From Octopus vulgaris (taxonomy: Eukaryota), in contig OX597834.1 of NCBI GenBank assembly GCA_951406725.2, positions 23,746,001 to 23,810,000 on the forward strand: DNA of 64,000 nucleotides, in the 5' to 3' direction. A program made the translations under genes and the position numbers. This document shows, one piece after another, positions 50,429-64,000 of this stretch; position 1 is the first letter of the stretch, and every line of letters starts with the position of its first letter. The notes under the pieces are model-generated. The model was not told the DNA's origin. It saw only the letters and a program-made list of their open reading frames with translations, and searched no databases.

Positions 50429-53400
50429 TTAACTGTGGCAATATTGGATTCTTTTAGGGGTTTGTTTTCTGCTGAAGTTAACCAAAGTTGTGTGGTACAG
50501 AGGTTCACCTTTCAGCACTTGAGAAGAGGCACCAGTTATCTTGTGGAAGAGAAGAGAAAATGATAGATTTTTAATATGATCGAGATTTTAGAGGAAGGAA
50601 TTTAGTAAAATACAGAGTCAAGACTATTGAAAAGGTTGCAAGATGAGTGGAAATTTTACCGGTGAGTGTGTTAAATTATAAGGCACAAAAAGAAAATGAC
50701 TCTCCCCAGACATAACAGATATTCACACCCATTACAAAGGTATTGCATTCCTAATAATTTTGTCGATGATGATAATCTCTATTATCATTGTCATTTAACG
50801 TCCACATTGCATGTTGGTATGGGTTGGACAGTTTGACAGAACTGGTAAGCCAGGAGGCAGAATCGGGCTCCAATCTGATTTGGCAAGGTTTCTCCAGCTG
50901 GATGCCCTTTCTAACGCCAACTACTCCAATAGTGTAATGGGTGCTTTTTAGGTGCCGATCAGGCAGCAATTGCATCAGCTACACTTGAATGGTGATTTTT
51001 AGGTGCTACCAGTCAGGCGGCACTGACATCAGGCATGACTATGATTGGTTCAACAGGCATTGGCCAAACTCACTCGGCTTGCCGGGCCTTCTGAAGCACA
51101 CAGAACATACTAGCTTCATTTCTGTCAGGCCTACACATGACCTCAGCAGTCACAGCCCATGTTTTACTGCTGTGCAGTATGGCTGTTCGCACACAGGCAT
51201 CAGTCTACCTTTCACTTTGACTGAAAGGCCCTTTGTTACCAGCAGAGGAAGGAGCTCTGAACTCGTGCTAGTATGAAAAAAAGGAAAATAAAAATTGTCA
51301 CTGCTTTTCTTACATTGATCTTCAACACTGACAACAGAGTTGTAAGCAGCTGGTAAATTCTGCATGACATAAGAAAAATATGAATTTCTGGGCTAAACAA
51401 GAAAATCAAGTGTGATCTCTCTGCCTCCACTGTTGAATTTGTCCTTCAGCAGAGAGCAGAAACATACCCTCAGTTGAAAAATGGTAAACTACACTTTTAT
51501 ATAGATCCTACTAAAACAAAATAGACTATATTATCTTGTAATAATAATCTTACCAGAATGTTATAATGAACAAAAGTATATAAAACATAGCTATTTAGGT
51601 TAAATGAAAACTTGTTAAAATGGTAGTAATTTGAGGGAGATTTGGTTGGAAATATCGTAGGTTATGTGGTCTTAAAGAGATTAGTTGGTTGTGTCAAGCT
51701 TTATAGCTAGGCTGACTGTTCTCTGCAACGTATCTCCCTAGGTAAAAGGTATAAACAAGGCAGCCCCATTACAGTGTTAGAAATGCCAGCCAAACCATTA
51801 AATCACATTAAAAGCTTTTCAAAAGATGTTAATGTGATTTGTACATCAAGTACTGCAGAGCTAAATACAATATATCAGAAAAAAAAACATGATAGTCATG
51901 AATGGAATGCCTTTAATTATACATGGCTTGATCAAGGTAGAACTAGGGCTTATCAACAATATAGTTTGAACTTTCAGCCCTCATCCATCATGCTCCATTA
52001 GAAATCTTTAGATATGGAAACAGTATTACTCACTCGAACAACAATGTAGTCACCCACTTCTATTGTTCTTGTTGGCTCTGCTTCTTCAGAAATTGGTATT
52101 TTGGTCTGTGGTACAATAACTTTTGTGTTGCCATCATTCCGGCCAGCAAGATCCAGTTGAGACCGCTTACTCGTCTGGGTGATAGATGAAAGAATTCAGT
52201 AAACATTACCAGTGGATAATTGATGCCATAGCCATGAGGAACAGCATTGAGTTTAATCTTTCCATACCTAATCAGACTATTGAGATTGAATCAGGGATCA
52301 GCGTTGTGGGCCTCTATATCCCTCCTCACCAATTTGTCTTTATCCTCTACATGCTTCCTAACCAACTCAATCACCTTTAGCTTTGTCTTTCTCAGTCTTC
52401 ATCTTCCTCTTTGTACTTTCATGTACAAATCCATCATTCCTCTCTCACATGACCCAGCCTTTTCATTCCATTTCTCTTCTCGAACATCATTTAGTGGCTC
52501 TATTTCTTCCTATCATCCTCTATAATTCATTTCCTTCTCAGCAATACTCCAATCATCCACTGGCCCTATTCCCGTCATCCTCTGCAATTCGTAATCTATC
52601 TTCCCCTCTTGACAATACTTCACTCATCCACCAAACTATTATTTCTGTTCTTTTCTACTGCTTTGCATCCATTACTCAGGTCTCACACCCATGAGTCATA
52701 GCACACCTCACACATGCAATACATACATTTCCTTTCAGTTTCACTCCCCCTCTTCATTAGCGTGCCACTTGGTTCCCAGAACTTCTTCCATTTGTATCTC
52801 ATTCTAGCCACTGTCACATCTGTATTAAAATCATGGGTGACGAGAGGAAAGTAGGAGTTTGGTTCAAATGCATACAATAAAGGTACTTGAAAAAAAGCCC
52901 AAGGTACGACTATAAGGATTTAGCCTGGGTTTGTTTCTACCAAGCATGCAGCTCATTTTCAGCTGAGTGCACTGAGCAACGTCAAATGGGGTCCCTTGCT
53001 CAATGCACTACCAGCCCCAGAAATTGCATACATGCATGGCCTTAAGATCATAAGAATAACAATCTACTTGGTTTTACATCTTGCTAAGTGTAGTAATCAA
53101 AGAACTTACTCCACTGATGAGAACAATTTGTAACTGCCCAATCTGCTGTGTGTTCAGTTCTAAAGCTCCTTTGCGAAATGTCTCTGCCAGTTCAGCCTGT
53201 CTCCTGGCTTTAATCTCACTGGGAACATCATCAATGAGTCGATGGTGAGCACGGGTTTTCTGTTTAATTCAAGAAATAAAAGAAAATAATTACAAAAAAC
53301 ATGATTCAAGACATAGTTAATTTCTCGGCTCAAAAAGCAAAAAGCAAGGCCATGTAGGGGGACATGGAGTTATGTACAGGGAGGGTGTTCATGCAAAGAG

Positions 53401-56400
53401 TTCAGGCCATTTCTGGTCAAGAGAGACTTTGAACCGAGCGGTCGTTGGCATCTTCCCTATCTCGTCCAGCAGCTTATTCCACGGATCCACAACCCGGACG
53501 GAGAAAGCCCTTCTCCTTCGACTGAGATGAAATCGTCGCAGATAGAGCTTTTCGGAGTGACCCCGCAGCCGACGCTCTGGAGCAGGAGTAAGGGAGAACA
53601 GACCAAGTATCAGATTAGAGAGATTAAATTGTAAGTTATAAATATACTATGATGATGTTGATGATTGTTTTTAGCATTAAGCATTAAGACAATAATTTGA
53701 TGGAGAGGAACAGTTATTTACGTCAACACCAATCTTTAGTTGAAACTTATTGTGTCGACCTCCAAATGATCAAAATTAAAGTTGATTATCAAGGATTTGG
53801 AACTCGGAATGTTAAAGGGTCCAACAAAATACAGAAGGCTCTACTGATTCTTCCAGTTTATCCCTTGTATCACAATAATAATAATTCTTTCTAATTCTGG
53901 TACAAGGCCAGCAATTTTGAGGAGAGTGGACAAATTACCGCCCTCCTCCCCATATTACTTGACTGGCACTTTATTTCATTAATCACAAAAGGATGAAAGG
54001 CAAAGTCAAACTTGAAATGTAAAGAGACATCATAAGCAAGTATCACACGGTAGGCTTCTGACACATTACTGTCCCTGCTACTCGAAAATAAAAATAAAGA
54101 TATGTTCCCTTTCAGCTCACCTGCCTCATACTGTATGGGAAAGTGAAGGCAAAGTTGTAGCAGACCTCTTTCATCAAGGAGACTGTGTCACGATGAGCTG
54201 CCTCTGTCTCACCACAGAAACCAGCTATGAAGTCACTGGACAGACTTATGTCTGGAATTACAGAAAATCAGAGAAAGTTTGATAGACAACAGAGAGAGAG
54301 GAAAGAACTGTGAGGAAGAAAGAGTAATACAAAGTAGGAAGAAGGGAAAATGAGGGAGAGAAACTGAGAAACAGTGATAAGGAAGAGGAAAGGTGGGTAA
54401 AAGAAACAAATACAACGCTAGAGGGAGAGAGCAAGCGGACAAGGAAATTGAGGGGGGAAAAAAAACCTGTTAGTGAGGATGGGTTGTCTCCTTTACGAAA
54501 TAAATCCCCAGGGGAGACAACCCGTCCTCACTGACAGTTTGAGAACTGACGAAATAAATCCCCAGGGGAGACAACTCGTCCTCACTAACATTTTTCTTTT
54601 TTGTCTGATAGGCTGTTTCACCAATTGCCCATAGTGTTTCTCCACCTCCACGAGGTGTATAGTTAAATTTGTCTTTGCATAGAGTCTGATGAGCTGTCCA
54701 CAAGGCTGCGGCTTCTGCAGATGCGAAGCCATTGGCCACTCTTATGACTAAAGTTTAACTTTAGTGATTTAGAGCTTTAGGCACTGGGATGGAAAACGAC
54801 CAAATTATCCAGACATATATGGTCATTAGAAGATAAAGGTGTCAGTTATAACATCCATTGGAAGATTTTAGCCAAGTGTAAGCCCTACACCAACGGCAGT
54901 GGAAAGTGCGGTCTATGTGATATGGAAAGATGGCTCATCTGGAAAAACAGCTTAGACCCTGCTACATGTCTGAATTCAAAGACTAAACTTTTCGGACATT
55001 CCCATATGTGGCCAAATATTTGTTACGTTTTTAGTCCCCCCCGAGACTACAGATAGAACTTGCTTTCTATATTGTGTCCACGCACAAGCTTTTTATCTCT
55101 TTATACCTTTTACTTATAGTATACATTTTTTAAGTCAAAGCATGAAAAAAAAAAATCAATAAAACAAAATTAAGAATAATGACATATCTCTGATGTTGCC
55201 TTTCTTTTTACCTGGAATCACATGACGAACATGATGAACAAGATCAAGGTAAGCTTCTCTTGTATATCCACGTCGCATCTGTTCCAAGATAAAGTTGTTA
55301 CCACTTTGTGCAGGGAGGTGAATCTGTTTGCAAATATTGGGCTTTTCTTTGATTAACTGCAACACCTAGATCCAGGAGAAACTCAATTAGCATTGATATA
55401 ATAACAAATAACAATTCTCTTTTGAAACACAAAAAAATTATATCAAATCATTGAAATAGAAGCAATATGTTTGGGAGGTTCAATATTATGTGTTCTAGTT
55501 TTTTGTTCAAATGACAAAACAAGGTACCATGACCTAAATATAAAACTCATGTTAAAAAGGAATGTTCTATCTAGGTAGTTCTCAGTATCTTTAACTTTTT
55601 GCTACACAAGATGAAATAAGTGCACTTAGCAAAAAAAAATTTTTTAAGTTAAAAATTTAGAAAAGATATTAAAAAAATCCCTTAATTGCTTACTTTGTTT
55701 CATTAATCCGACTTGTGTATCCAGTGCAAAAGATGCATTGGATAATCTAGTCACATAGATGAAACAATGATAACCACTGCTTTCAGAAAAAACCAGCATC
55801 AATACAAGAGTAGTTTTATGTACAACTACTTGACCTATTAGAAATAGCAGCCAAATCAACTTTCTATTGAAAATAAACATTTCTTACTGAATCTGGGAAA
55901 TCCTTTGGATGAGGTGATGTAAAACGGATTCGCATTTCTGGATTTATGGAAGCAACTTTGTCCAATAAGTCAGCAAAACGCAGTCCTCCTTTTTTAGATT
56001 TATACACAGTTTTAAAGCCTGATGCCATCTGCGTGGGGTTGAGGTCAACACCACTTTGCCACGTGGAAAGGTCACGGTAACTATTCACATTCTGACCCAA
56101 AAGTGTGACTTCTTTGATGCCCTGTAACATAAATGACAAAAATATATATATACATTCTTTCTTAATTTACTGGTTTTAGTCATTGAACTCTGATCATGCT
56201 AGGGTGCCACCTTGAGATATTTTTCAAATTCATTATATTAGCCTCAGCAAACTTCATCCCTGAATTTTAAGGAGGCTAATAAGAAAATGTAATGTAACAT
56301 TGAAGTAAAACGAGATAATTCAGTTGGAATTAAAAAACGAGATATTACTGTTGGGCCTCACAGAGAGGATGACAGAGGACTGTGACCCCTGGCAGTTTGC

Positions 56401-59400
56401 TGTGCTTGAGAAGACACATCGAGATAAGTAAAACTGTAGTTGTCCTTGCACACAAGCATGTCTCCAGCATCCCGCTCCAGCTGAGCATTCCTTGTGGGCT
56501 CGTGGTTGCTGGTGCCACATAAAAGCACCCAATAAACTCTGTAAAGGGGTTGGCATTAGGAAGGGCATCCAGCTGTAGAAACCATGCCAAAACAGACATG
56601 CAGCTCTTCAGCTGGCCAGATCTCATCAAATGATCCAACCCATGCCAGCATGGAAACTGAATGTATGATGATGATTATTATGGCGAGCTGGCAGAACCGT
56701 TAGCACGCCGGGCGAAATACGTAGCCGTATTTCGTCTGCTGTTACGTTCTGGGTTCAAATTCCGCCGAGGTCGATTTTGCCTTTCATCCTTTCGGGGTCG
56801 ATAAAATAAGTACCAGTTACGCACTGGGGTCGATATAATCGACTTAATCCGTCTGTCTGTCCTTGTTTGTCCACTCTGTGTTTAGCCCCTTGTGGGTAGC
56901 AAAGAAATATATTATTATTATATTCACCAACACACTCAAAGTAAAGGTCAACCGTGCCTTTTAAGCCTCAAATTACTTGCCATCATCAGAATGTGACAGT
57001 GTAGCTTTTCAAGTATCAGTCTTTTTTTATGGGAGTAGACTCATCTGATGTATATGCAAATCAGGTGTGACACAAATGAGTTTGAATTAATGTAACTGTG
57101 ACATGACACTCAGAAAAGTGAAAGAGTTCATCAAGTTCATGGAGGATACCCTTTCCACAGATCTTTGAGATGTAGAGTCATAGCTGAGATGGGATTATCT
57201 CAGGAACTCCATCCATAGTACTGCATTGAAGGCTTTTAGCATGAAACAGTGTAAGACACGGGATTGGTTTGGGGTAAGTTCACGCAAGCTCACTGCTGTC
57301 ATTGAGGCAAAGCATGCTGCATCACATGAGCCACCCAGCAACCCACCCAGGCAACCTTGCAAGTATACAAGAATGTTTATAAATATAGGTTGGGCTTCAG
57401 TTATTAAGGGTTACCATCATCATCGTTGTTTAATGTCCGCTTTCCATACTAGCATGGGTTGGACGGTTTGACTGTGGGCTGGCGAACCAGATGGCTACAC
57501 CAAGCTCCAGTCTTGATCTGGCAGAGTTTCTACAGCTGGATGCCCTTCCTAATGCTAACCACTCTGAGAGTGTAGTGGGAGCTTTTACATGCCACCAGCA
57601 CGGGGACCAGTCAGGCGATACTGGCAATGACCTCGTTCGAATTTTTACACATGGGCCAGTCAGGTGGTACTGGCAACGACCTCGCTTGAATTTTTTACAC
57701 ATGTCAACGGCACAGGTGCCAATAAGACGATGTTGGTAATGATCCCGCTCGAATGGTGCCTCCTACATGCCACCGGCACGGAAGCCAGTTAGCCGCTCTG
57801 GCAACGATCCCGCTCAGATGGTGCTCTTAGCACCCTACTAGCATGGGGCACAAGTGCCAGTAAGGCAAGGCTGGCAGCGATCACGCTCGTATGGTGCTTG
57901 TGCCTGTCATCAAATTTCACTTGCCTCAACAGGTCTTCGCAAGCAGAGATTAGTGTTCAGAGAAGGAAAAGGTACCCACAATATTAGGTATTAAGCTATT
58001 TTAGTGTTCATACAAAAATGTTTATGAATAAAGGTATGATAAGTTATATTTGTATCTATACCCAACAAAAATTGCTCCTACCTGATCTGATAAGATGCGA
58101 ATTTCTTCCAGGATAGAATCCACTGGCCTACTCCGTTCTCGTCCCCGTGTAAAGGGCACAATGCAATAGGAACACATATTATCACAACCACGCATGATTG
58201 ACCTGTCAATAACAAATGTGTATTACCTTCAAACTGTAAACAATGATGGGATTTATTAAAATCATTTAAATAATATCTCCATTCAAAAGAGCTAATTTCT
58301 GAATAGAGAGAGGACCAAATAAACTAAGAAAAGAAAAAAGCAGTTCCCCAGAAGGGTCCTGGTGCTTGAAATATCAAGCTTCTATTTTTTTCTCATAAGT
58401 AAACTGCACAATTGGAGTAAACCAGGGATGGTCTCTACCAACAAAGAGTGAATACACATAGTTAAAAAAAACAGCAGACAACCAGAATTTCATCATTTTG
58501 CAATCTATTTCTATTTATTATTTGCCAATGTACATCATCATGATTCTATAATTTCAAATCAAGATAGCAGATGAGAAGTCAAGAGTTCATTTCCTTCCAG
58601 TGACACTATGTTGTATCACTGGGCCAAGATACTCAACTTTCGATTACCAAAGATGTTTATTTTTAGGATATTTTATATCGCAATTGGTGCACAGTATCAT
58701 TATTGATTACAGGTTTCTGACAGATCTACCTGTCAGTTCGGCATTTTCAACATCAACTCGAGGGCCGAGATTTTGTGATTTATACTGATCATAAGCCTCT
58801 TACATTTGCTCTGTCATCTAAATCGGACAAACACTTGCCTCGTGCTTTTCATCACCTAGACTACATTTCCCAGTTCACGAGTTAGATTCGGCACATACCT
58901 GGAACGGAGAACGTGCCTGCTGACGCACTCTCTCGTCTTCCTGTGTGCTCCCTTCCATCTCCTGCTGCAATCGATTTAACTGCTATTGTGCAGGATCAGC
59001 CAGCTCTGGACACTTTGGATTTAGCTTCTACCAAGTTGTCCTGTTGCAAGTTTGCCTATCTCCCACTTCCGACTGCTGAAGGCACCATTCTATGTAACAC
59101 AGCTACTGGTTCTCCCAGACTGTTTGTACCTGAGAACCACCAGCGCTCCGTTCTTGATGCCTTCCATTCACTGTCACATCCTGGCGTCACTGCCTCAGTG
59201 AAGCTTATTACGGCTTGGTTTTTCTGATATAATGGGAGAAGGTGATATTCTCCTGATACCGTAAACCTTGCGTTCCATTATACTTCCATTTAAGCATTTC
59301 ATTGAGTTTGGTCAGTATGATATCCATCTCCTTCCCAGGATGTGTACAGTTGGCTCTCAAGAATTCATCTGCCTCTGACAGGTTATTTTTCTCAACCCTC

Positions 59401-62055
59401 TAGTTGGGTGCCCACATACCATGCCCAGTGAAGGAGGATGGTTAAGTCCCTGACCACTTCACCATGTGTAAGCAGTACTGGATTGCATGGTTATCAGTAG
59501 CAGGTTTTTGATTACAGACCTCTCTTCCACCCCTGAAATTTCTTATCTAATTCTAGTAGAAATTCAGCAATAAGAACAAGGTCATCAGCATGAAGGAGCT
59601 TCAAGGGCAGCCAGTCTTGAATTCTTCTGTCATGGCCTGGAAGATTACGATGAAGAGAAGGATGAAAGCCAATCCTTGGTGAACTACTAACACACTAAAC
59701 TCACTGCTGACTTTCACCTGTACATGGCTTGGACAGCTCTCACCAACTACTCATCTACCCCTACTTTCTGTATTGACCAGCAAATGAAGGAGGAGCCTCA
59801 TGAAAGGCTTTCTCCATGTCAACTAATGCCAAATACAGAGATTTATTTATTACAAAACACTTCTACTGCAGTTGCCTTACAAAGAAGATAATATCAGAAG
59901 TGCTTTTTCCTGGCACAAAACCAAACTGCATCCCATACAGATTAACGTTCTTAAGTAGTTAATGGTTTCAGTAACTTTCATGACCTGTTTCATCAATTTG
60001 ATACTTCAGTTATTATTTCTGTCTAAGACATCATTTTAAACTTTGTAACAGTTGACTATAATGCTGCTACACCAGTCATTGGCTATGACCCCTTCCTGGA
60101 CAACCTGATTAACTGTACAGCTGACTAGGCCATGTACCACTCCGCCAGATATTTTAAGAATTTCAGCAGAGATTCTTGATGGACCAGGCACTTTCTCTGT
60201 CTCTATATCTTCAATTGATTTTAAACTTAAAAATAATTTTATTTTAAAACAACTTCCAATGCAAAGTTCAACAGTAATTTTGATCTCCAGTTCAATATAG
60301 AATGTTTGAAAACCACTGCTGTGGTCAATATCCTTACAATCAAAACAACTAAATAAAAGACAAGGTCTAAGAAGAGAGTGGTGGTAGTCTTCTATGCCAG
60401 AAAAAGTAATACAGTGAAGTTTGTAGATGACAAAAGGAACACTGTTAATTAAAGAAGATATATTACTTTAAATAAAAACATTAAACTTACACAAAAGCAG
60501 ATTTACTGGTGTTATTAATATGAACTGGCATGATATCAGCATAAGTTTCTTCCAAAGACAACAGAACATTCACTAAAAATAAAACAGAAAATTAAATCAA
60601 ATTTTCAGTTTCCCAAATGCAACAAAATCAATTTTGGTTTCTTTAATCATTACCACATATTAAATTTCAAGCATTGGCACAAAGTGACAAATTTCTGGAG
60701 GCTATAACAGTGAAATGCATTGATCCCTGAGTATGTTACTGGTACTTATTTTATGAACTTCAACATTTAGTTTATTACTACCTGGTTTTTGTCAGTTTAG
60801 TGTCATAATAATTAATAATAGTTTCTAACATATGCACAATGCCTATGTTATTTAGCAGGAGGGAGAATAGTAAATTACAATCAACCCTAGAATTTGACGT
60901 GGAGGCACATAGCCTAGTGGTTAGAGCAGCGGACTCGAGGTCGAGGGATCGCGGGTTCGAATCTCAGACTGGACGGTGTGTGTGTTTATGAGCGAAACAC
61001 CTAAGCTCCATGCAGCTCTGGCAGAAGGTAATGGCGAAACTTCTGCTGACTCTTTCGCCACAACTTTCTCACATTCTTTCCTCATGCATCTTGCAGCTCA
61101 CTTGCGATGGACCGGCGTCCCATCCAGGTGGGGAACCTATACGCCAAGAAATCAGGAAACCGGCCCTTATGAGCCAGGCATGGCTCGAGAAGGAACTAGA
61201 ATTTGACTGGGTGCTTTATTTTATTGACTTCCAGAAGAATGAAAGACAAAGTTGACCCCAGCAGTGTTGAAACTCAGACCATAGAGAGCTGGGACAAATA
61301 CAAGAAGACAATTTGTCTAAAATACAATGATTCTACCCATAGGGTATGCAGTTGCTGATGAGATCCCAACACAAGTGTGGAACTAATCTGGATGACATTG
61401 TTTTTTCCTGCCCAAGAAGATACTGATAAGCTGTTTATATCTATCTATACATATGGTGTTCACTGAAAACCTACAGACATATTCTATCGTATGGTTTAGC
61501 TTTGAAACAAAACACTTATCAAGCAGTAATTTACCAGATAATACTGGTGTGTGTGTGTGTGTATCATTATCATCGTTCACTTTTCCATGCTTACATAGGT
61601 CTGACAGAATCTGTTGAAGTACATTTTCTACAGTCAGATGTCCTCTTCCTACCCCAACCCTTATGTTTCTAAACAAGGTAATATTTCCTAAAAGCTTTCA
61701 TAGAAGATTAGAATCAAATGATACTGGTTGTATGACACTGACATTTGTTTACAACTATCACATAATGTCAAGACAAGAAGACACACCCCTTCCATCACCA
61801 TGCACATATATTGGGGGCAAGTGTCTTCTGCTATAGCCTCAGGTCAACAAGAGATATAGTAGTGGATTTAGTAGATGGAAAGTGAAAGAAGCCCATCCAA
61901 GAATAATTGATAGCAATCTTACTTACCTGCAGTCTGCCCTTCATAGGAAACTGCCAAAAGGTGAGGGAGATCTCGATATGCATCAGGACCACAAACAATA
62001 TCAACAGCCTTGCTTTGTTCCAGAATCTTGGTTTTCAGCCGCTCTGCCATACATC
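50429..62055 (-). CDS. CDK5RAP1: CDK5RAP1 / MiaB-like mitochondrial tRNA methylthiotransferase, last 9 coding exons (5' exons outside the window)
   Basis: Phase-consistent exons: 62055-61927 (GCMAERLK...GPDAYRDLP), 60572-60491 ([15 protein letters not shown]), 58202-58082 ([26 protein letters not shown], radical-SAM CxxxCxxC), 56121-55888 ([12 protein letters not shown]...[12 protein letters not shown]), 55365-55212 (HLPAQSG), 54251-54121 ([12 protein letters not shown]), 53259-53110, 52174-52034 ([13 protein letters not shown] domain), 50539-50429 ([11 protein letters not shown]...stop). Confidence 0.96.
54700..55040 (+). mobile_element. Penelope-like element GIY-YIG endonuclease C-terminal remnant
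   Basis: [48 protein letters not shown]...CLNSKTKL matches the PLE pattern T.LS..IW.L...I.W.I...Y...C.LC..E..I...LN. Confidence 0.65.
58720..59227 (+). mobile_element. Ty3/Gypsy pol remnant (RNase H end to integrase Zn-binding region)
   Basis: [26 protein letters not shown]...[27 protein letters not shown]...FHSLSHPGV. Confidence 0.88.
60899..61195 (+). mobile_element. tRNA-Arg-like SINE with a 12-bp TSD (related heads on - at ~18630-18700 and 21455-21525)
   Basis: A-box tagcctagtggttag, B-box ggttcgaatc, TCG at the anticodon position. TSD ctagaatttgac at 60887-60898 and 61196-61207. Confidence 0.85.
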
Positions 62056-62397
62056 CTATGACATAGAACCTTACATTGAAATGCTGAGTTAAATCTCATT
62101 ATCTTACCATTATCAATATGTCATCATCAAACATTAATATGATACCATCCACTAACTTTCTGTATCAAAACCACTATGACCAATCCTTCCCTAGTAAACA
62201 GTTTTTACCATTTACGTCTTACAGATGTCATCACAACATATTTCTATTTTATCTACCATCATCTGCTATTACAAGGTCACACCGTTAAGTACTGCCTTTA
62301 CTTTACTTACCATTCAAGCTCATATCGTACTCTACTTCTCTAGAGTCTACACCACTGATTTAGCTATTACTTGTAAGCATGACATGACCATGCTTAC

Positions 62398-62781
62398 AAG
62401 GCGCAGGAGTGGCTGTGTGGTAAGTAGCTTGCTTACCAACCACATGGTTCCGGGTTCAGTCCCACTGCGTGGCACCTTGGGTAAGTGTCTTCTATTATAG
62501 CCTTGGGCCGACCAAAGCCTTGTAAGTGGATTTGGTAGATGGAAACTGAAAGAAGCCCGTCGTATATATGTATATATATATATGTGTGTGTGTGTCTGTG
62601 TTTGTACCCCCAACATCACTTGGCAACTGATGCCGGTGTGTTTACGTCCCCGTAACTTAGCAGATAGAATGAGTACTAGGCCTACAAAGAATAAGTCCTG
62701 GGGTCGATTTGCTTGACTAAAGGCGGTGCTCCAGCATGGCCGCAGTCAAATGACTGAAACAAGTAAAAGAGTAAAAAGAGT
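62398..62781 (+). mobile_element. Near full-length copy of the abundant tRNA-derived SINE
   Basis: Complete head, (ta)(tg) spacer, core and aagagt-repeat tail. Confidence 0.85.
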
Positions 62782-63269
62782 ATGCCACCATGACCTCTCT
62801 CTCTTGTAGTTACTATCTATTAGCATCATATCTACATAGCAACATAACCTACATCAACTTTAGCAACCACTATCATCACATATCCATAGCACTCGGGCTG
62901 TCATCACAAGTCATGACAACCCTATTCTAGCTACTGTTGACTACATCACTTATTCATACCACCACAACCTACTTCTATTCTAGCTACTATGCACATAGCT
63001 ATACCCTCATGATCTGTTTTTACCTCTATTCTAGCTACCATCATGTGTCCATACGTCCATGACCTTCATACCTATTTAAACATTAAATTCATAATTTGTA
63101 AGAAACTATATACAAAGGGAAGTCAAAAATTATCCATACTTTCACCAAAACTTCCTTTAAGTTGGCTGCCCTGCCTTCAGTGCTTATGTGTTAAAAAGTG
63201 GTACTTTTGTGACTATGTAACTGAGGTTTGACCTTGATTGCTCCAGTTTCTTTTCTTTGTGTTAGAGTG

Positions 63270-64000
63270 TAAATGTAGCTGTTCTGCTGACAGTGTGCAC
63301 CAAGGAAGAACAGAGATCAGCGATCCAATTTTTCTGGCCTGAAGGTGTGTCAGGGACTGAAATTGATTGCAGGCTTTCAGTTCAATATGGGGACAGTGCT
63401 CTACTGTATAGCAGTGTGTATGAGTGGATCAAGAAGTTTTAAAATGGCCAAACAAGTGTGAATCACAAAGAGGGAGCAGGACACCTATGAACATCCACCC
63501 CTGATGTGAAGATTCAGCAAGCTTAAGAGATGGTTCTGCTAAATCGACAAATGACCATCAACGAGGTGGCACGTTCACTGCAAATTAGTCATGGTCTTGT
63601 ATACAAAATCATTCACAAGCTTCACTTTCATAAAGTCTGTGTGAGACTGGTGCCAAAAGAGCATCACTGAAGTGCATGAATACAATTGCATGGAAATATG
63701 TCAATACCTATTTGACCACTACAATGATGAAAACAAAGCTTTTTTTGGAGAGAATTGTTATACGAGTTGAGACCTGGGTCCATCACTGAACCAGAATCCA
63801 AAAGGGAGAGTATGAAATGGAAACACCTGGAATAGCCAGCAGAAAAGAAATTCAAGACTAAACTTCTGAAGAAAAAGTGATGCTAACTGTTTTGTGGGGT
63901 GCAAAAGAGCCTATACTGGAACATTATCTGGAAAGGGAGTCTACAGTCACCAGTATAGGCTACAATGAAATGCTGGCCAACAAACTGAAACCAGAAATTC
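63270..64000 (+). mobile_element. Degenerate mariner transposase, running off the window
   Basis: VYEWIKKF*NG, NRQMTINEVARSLQISHG, KVCVRLVPKE, ETWVHH, EPESKRES and KVMLTV, with stops and frameshifts. Confidence 0.85.

Noticed and set aside
55864-58202. Bacterial miaB-like sequence suggesting HGT or contamination
   Set aside because: It is split by canonical introns and matches the ordinary eukaryotic CDK5RAP1.
60901-60975. tRNA-Arg(TCG) gene
   Set aside because: The stems are imperfect, there is no poly-T terminator, and it continues into a SINE body with a TSD.

Overview
AT-rich, intron- and repeat-rich animal genomic DNA. It is most likely from an octopus or other coleoid cephalopod; this is inferred from the KRAB-less tandem C2H2 zinc-finger cluster and the tRNA-derived SINE landscape. 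Left part (1-26 kb, - strand): a C2H2-ZNF cluster with two intact paralogues (11 and 12 fingers) and one decayed ZNF exon. A homologous CCAAT plus non-coding first-exon module lies upstream of each. An intact Merlin/IS1595 (ISXO2-like) transposase ORF sits between one of these first exons and the decayed ZNF exon, so it may have taken over that transcription unit. A near-identical 2.83-kb tandem duplication is also present. Right part: a complete 13-coding-exon UTP14 gene (+, 646 aa by my exon assembly), tail-to-tail with the last 9 exons of CDK5RAP1 (-, MiaB-like radical-SAM tRNA methylthiotransferase). Scattered throughout are GG-ended MITEs with 8-9 bp TSDs (Merlin-type), TTAA piggyBac-type MITEs, a complete non-autonomous Helitron, mariner/Tc1, Gypsy, Penelope-like, CR1 and RTE remnants, SINEs and microsatellites. 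All calls were made by eye without database searches, and repeat boundaries are approximate unless a TSD is given.
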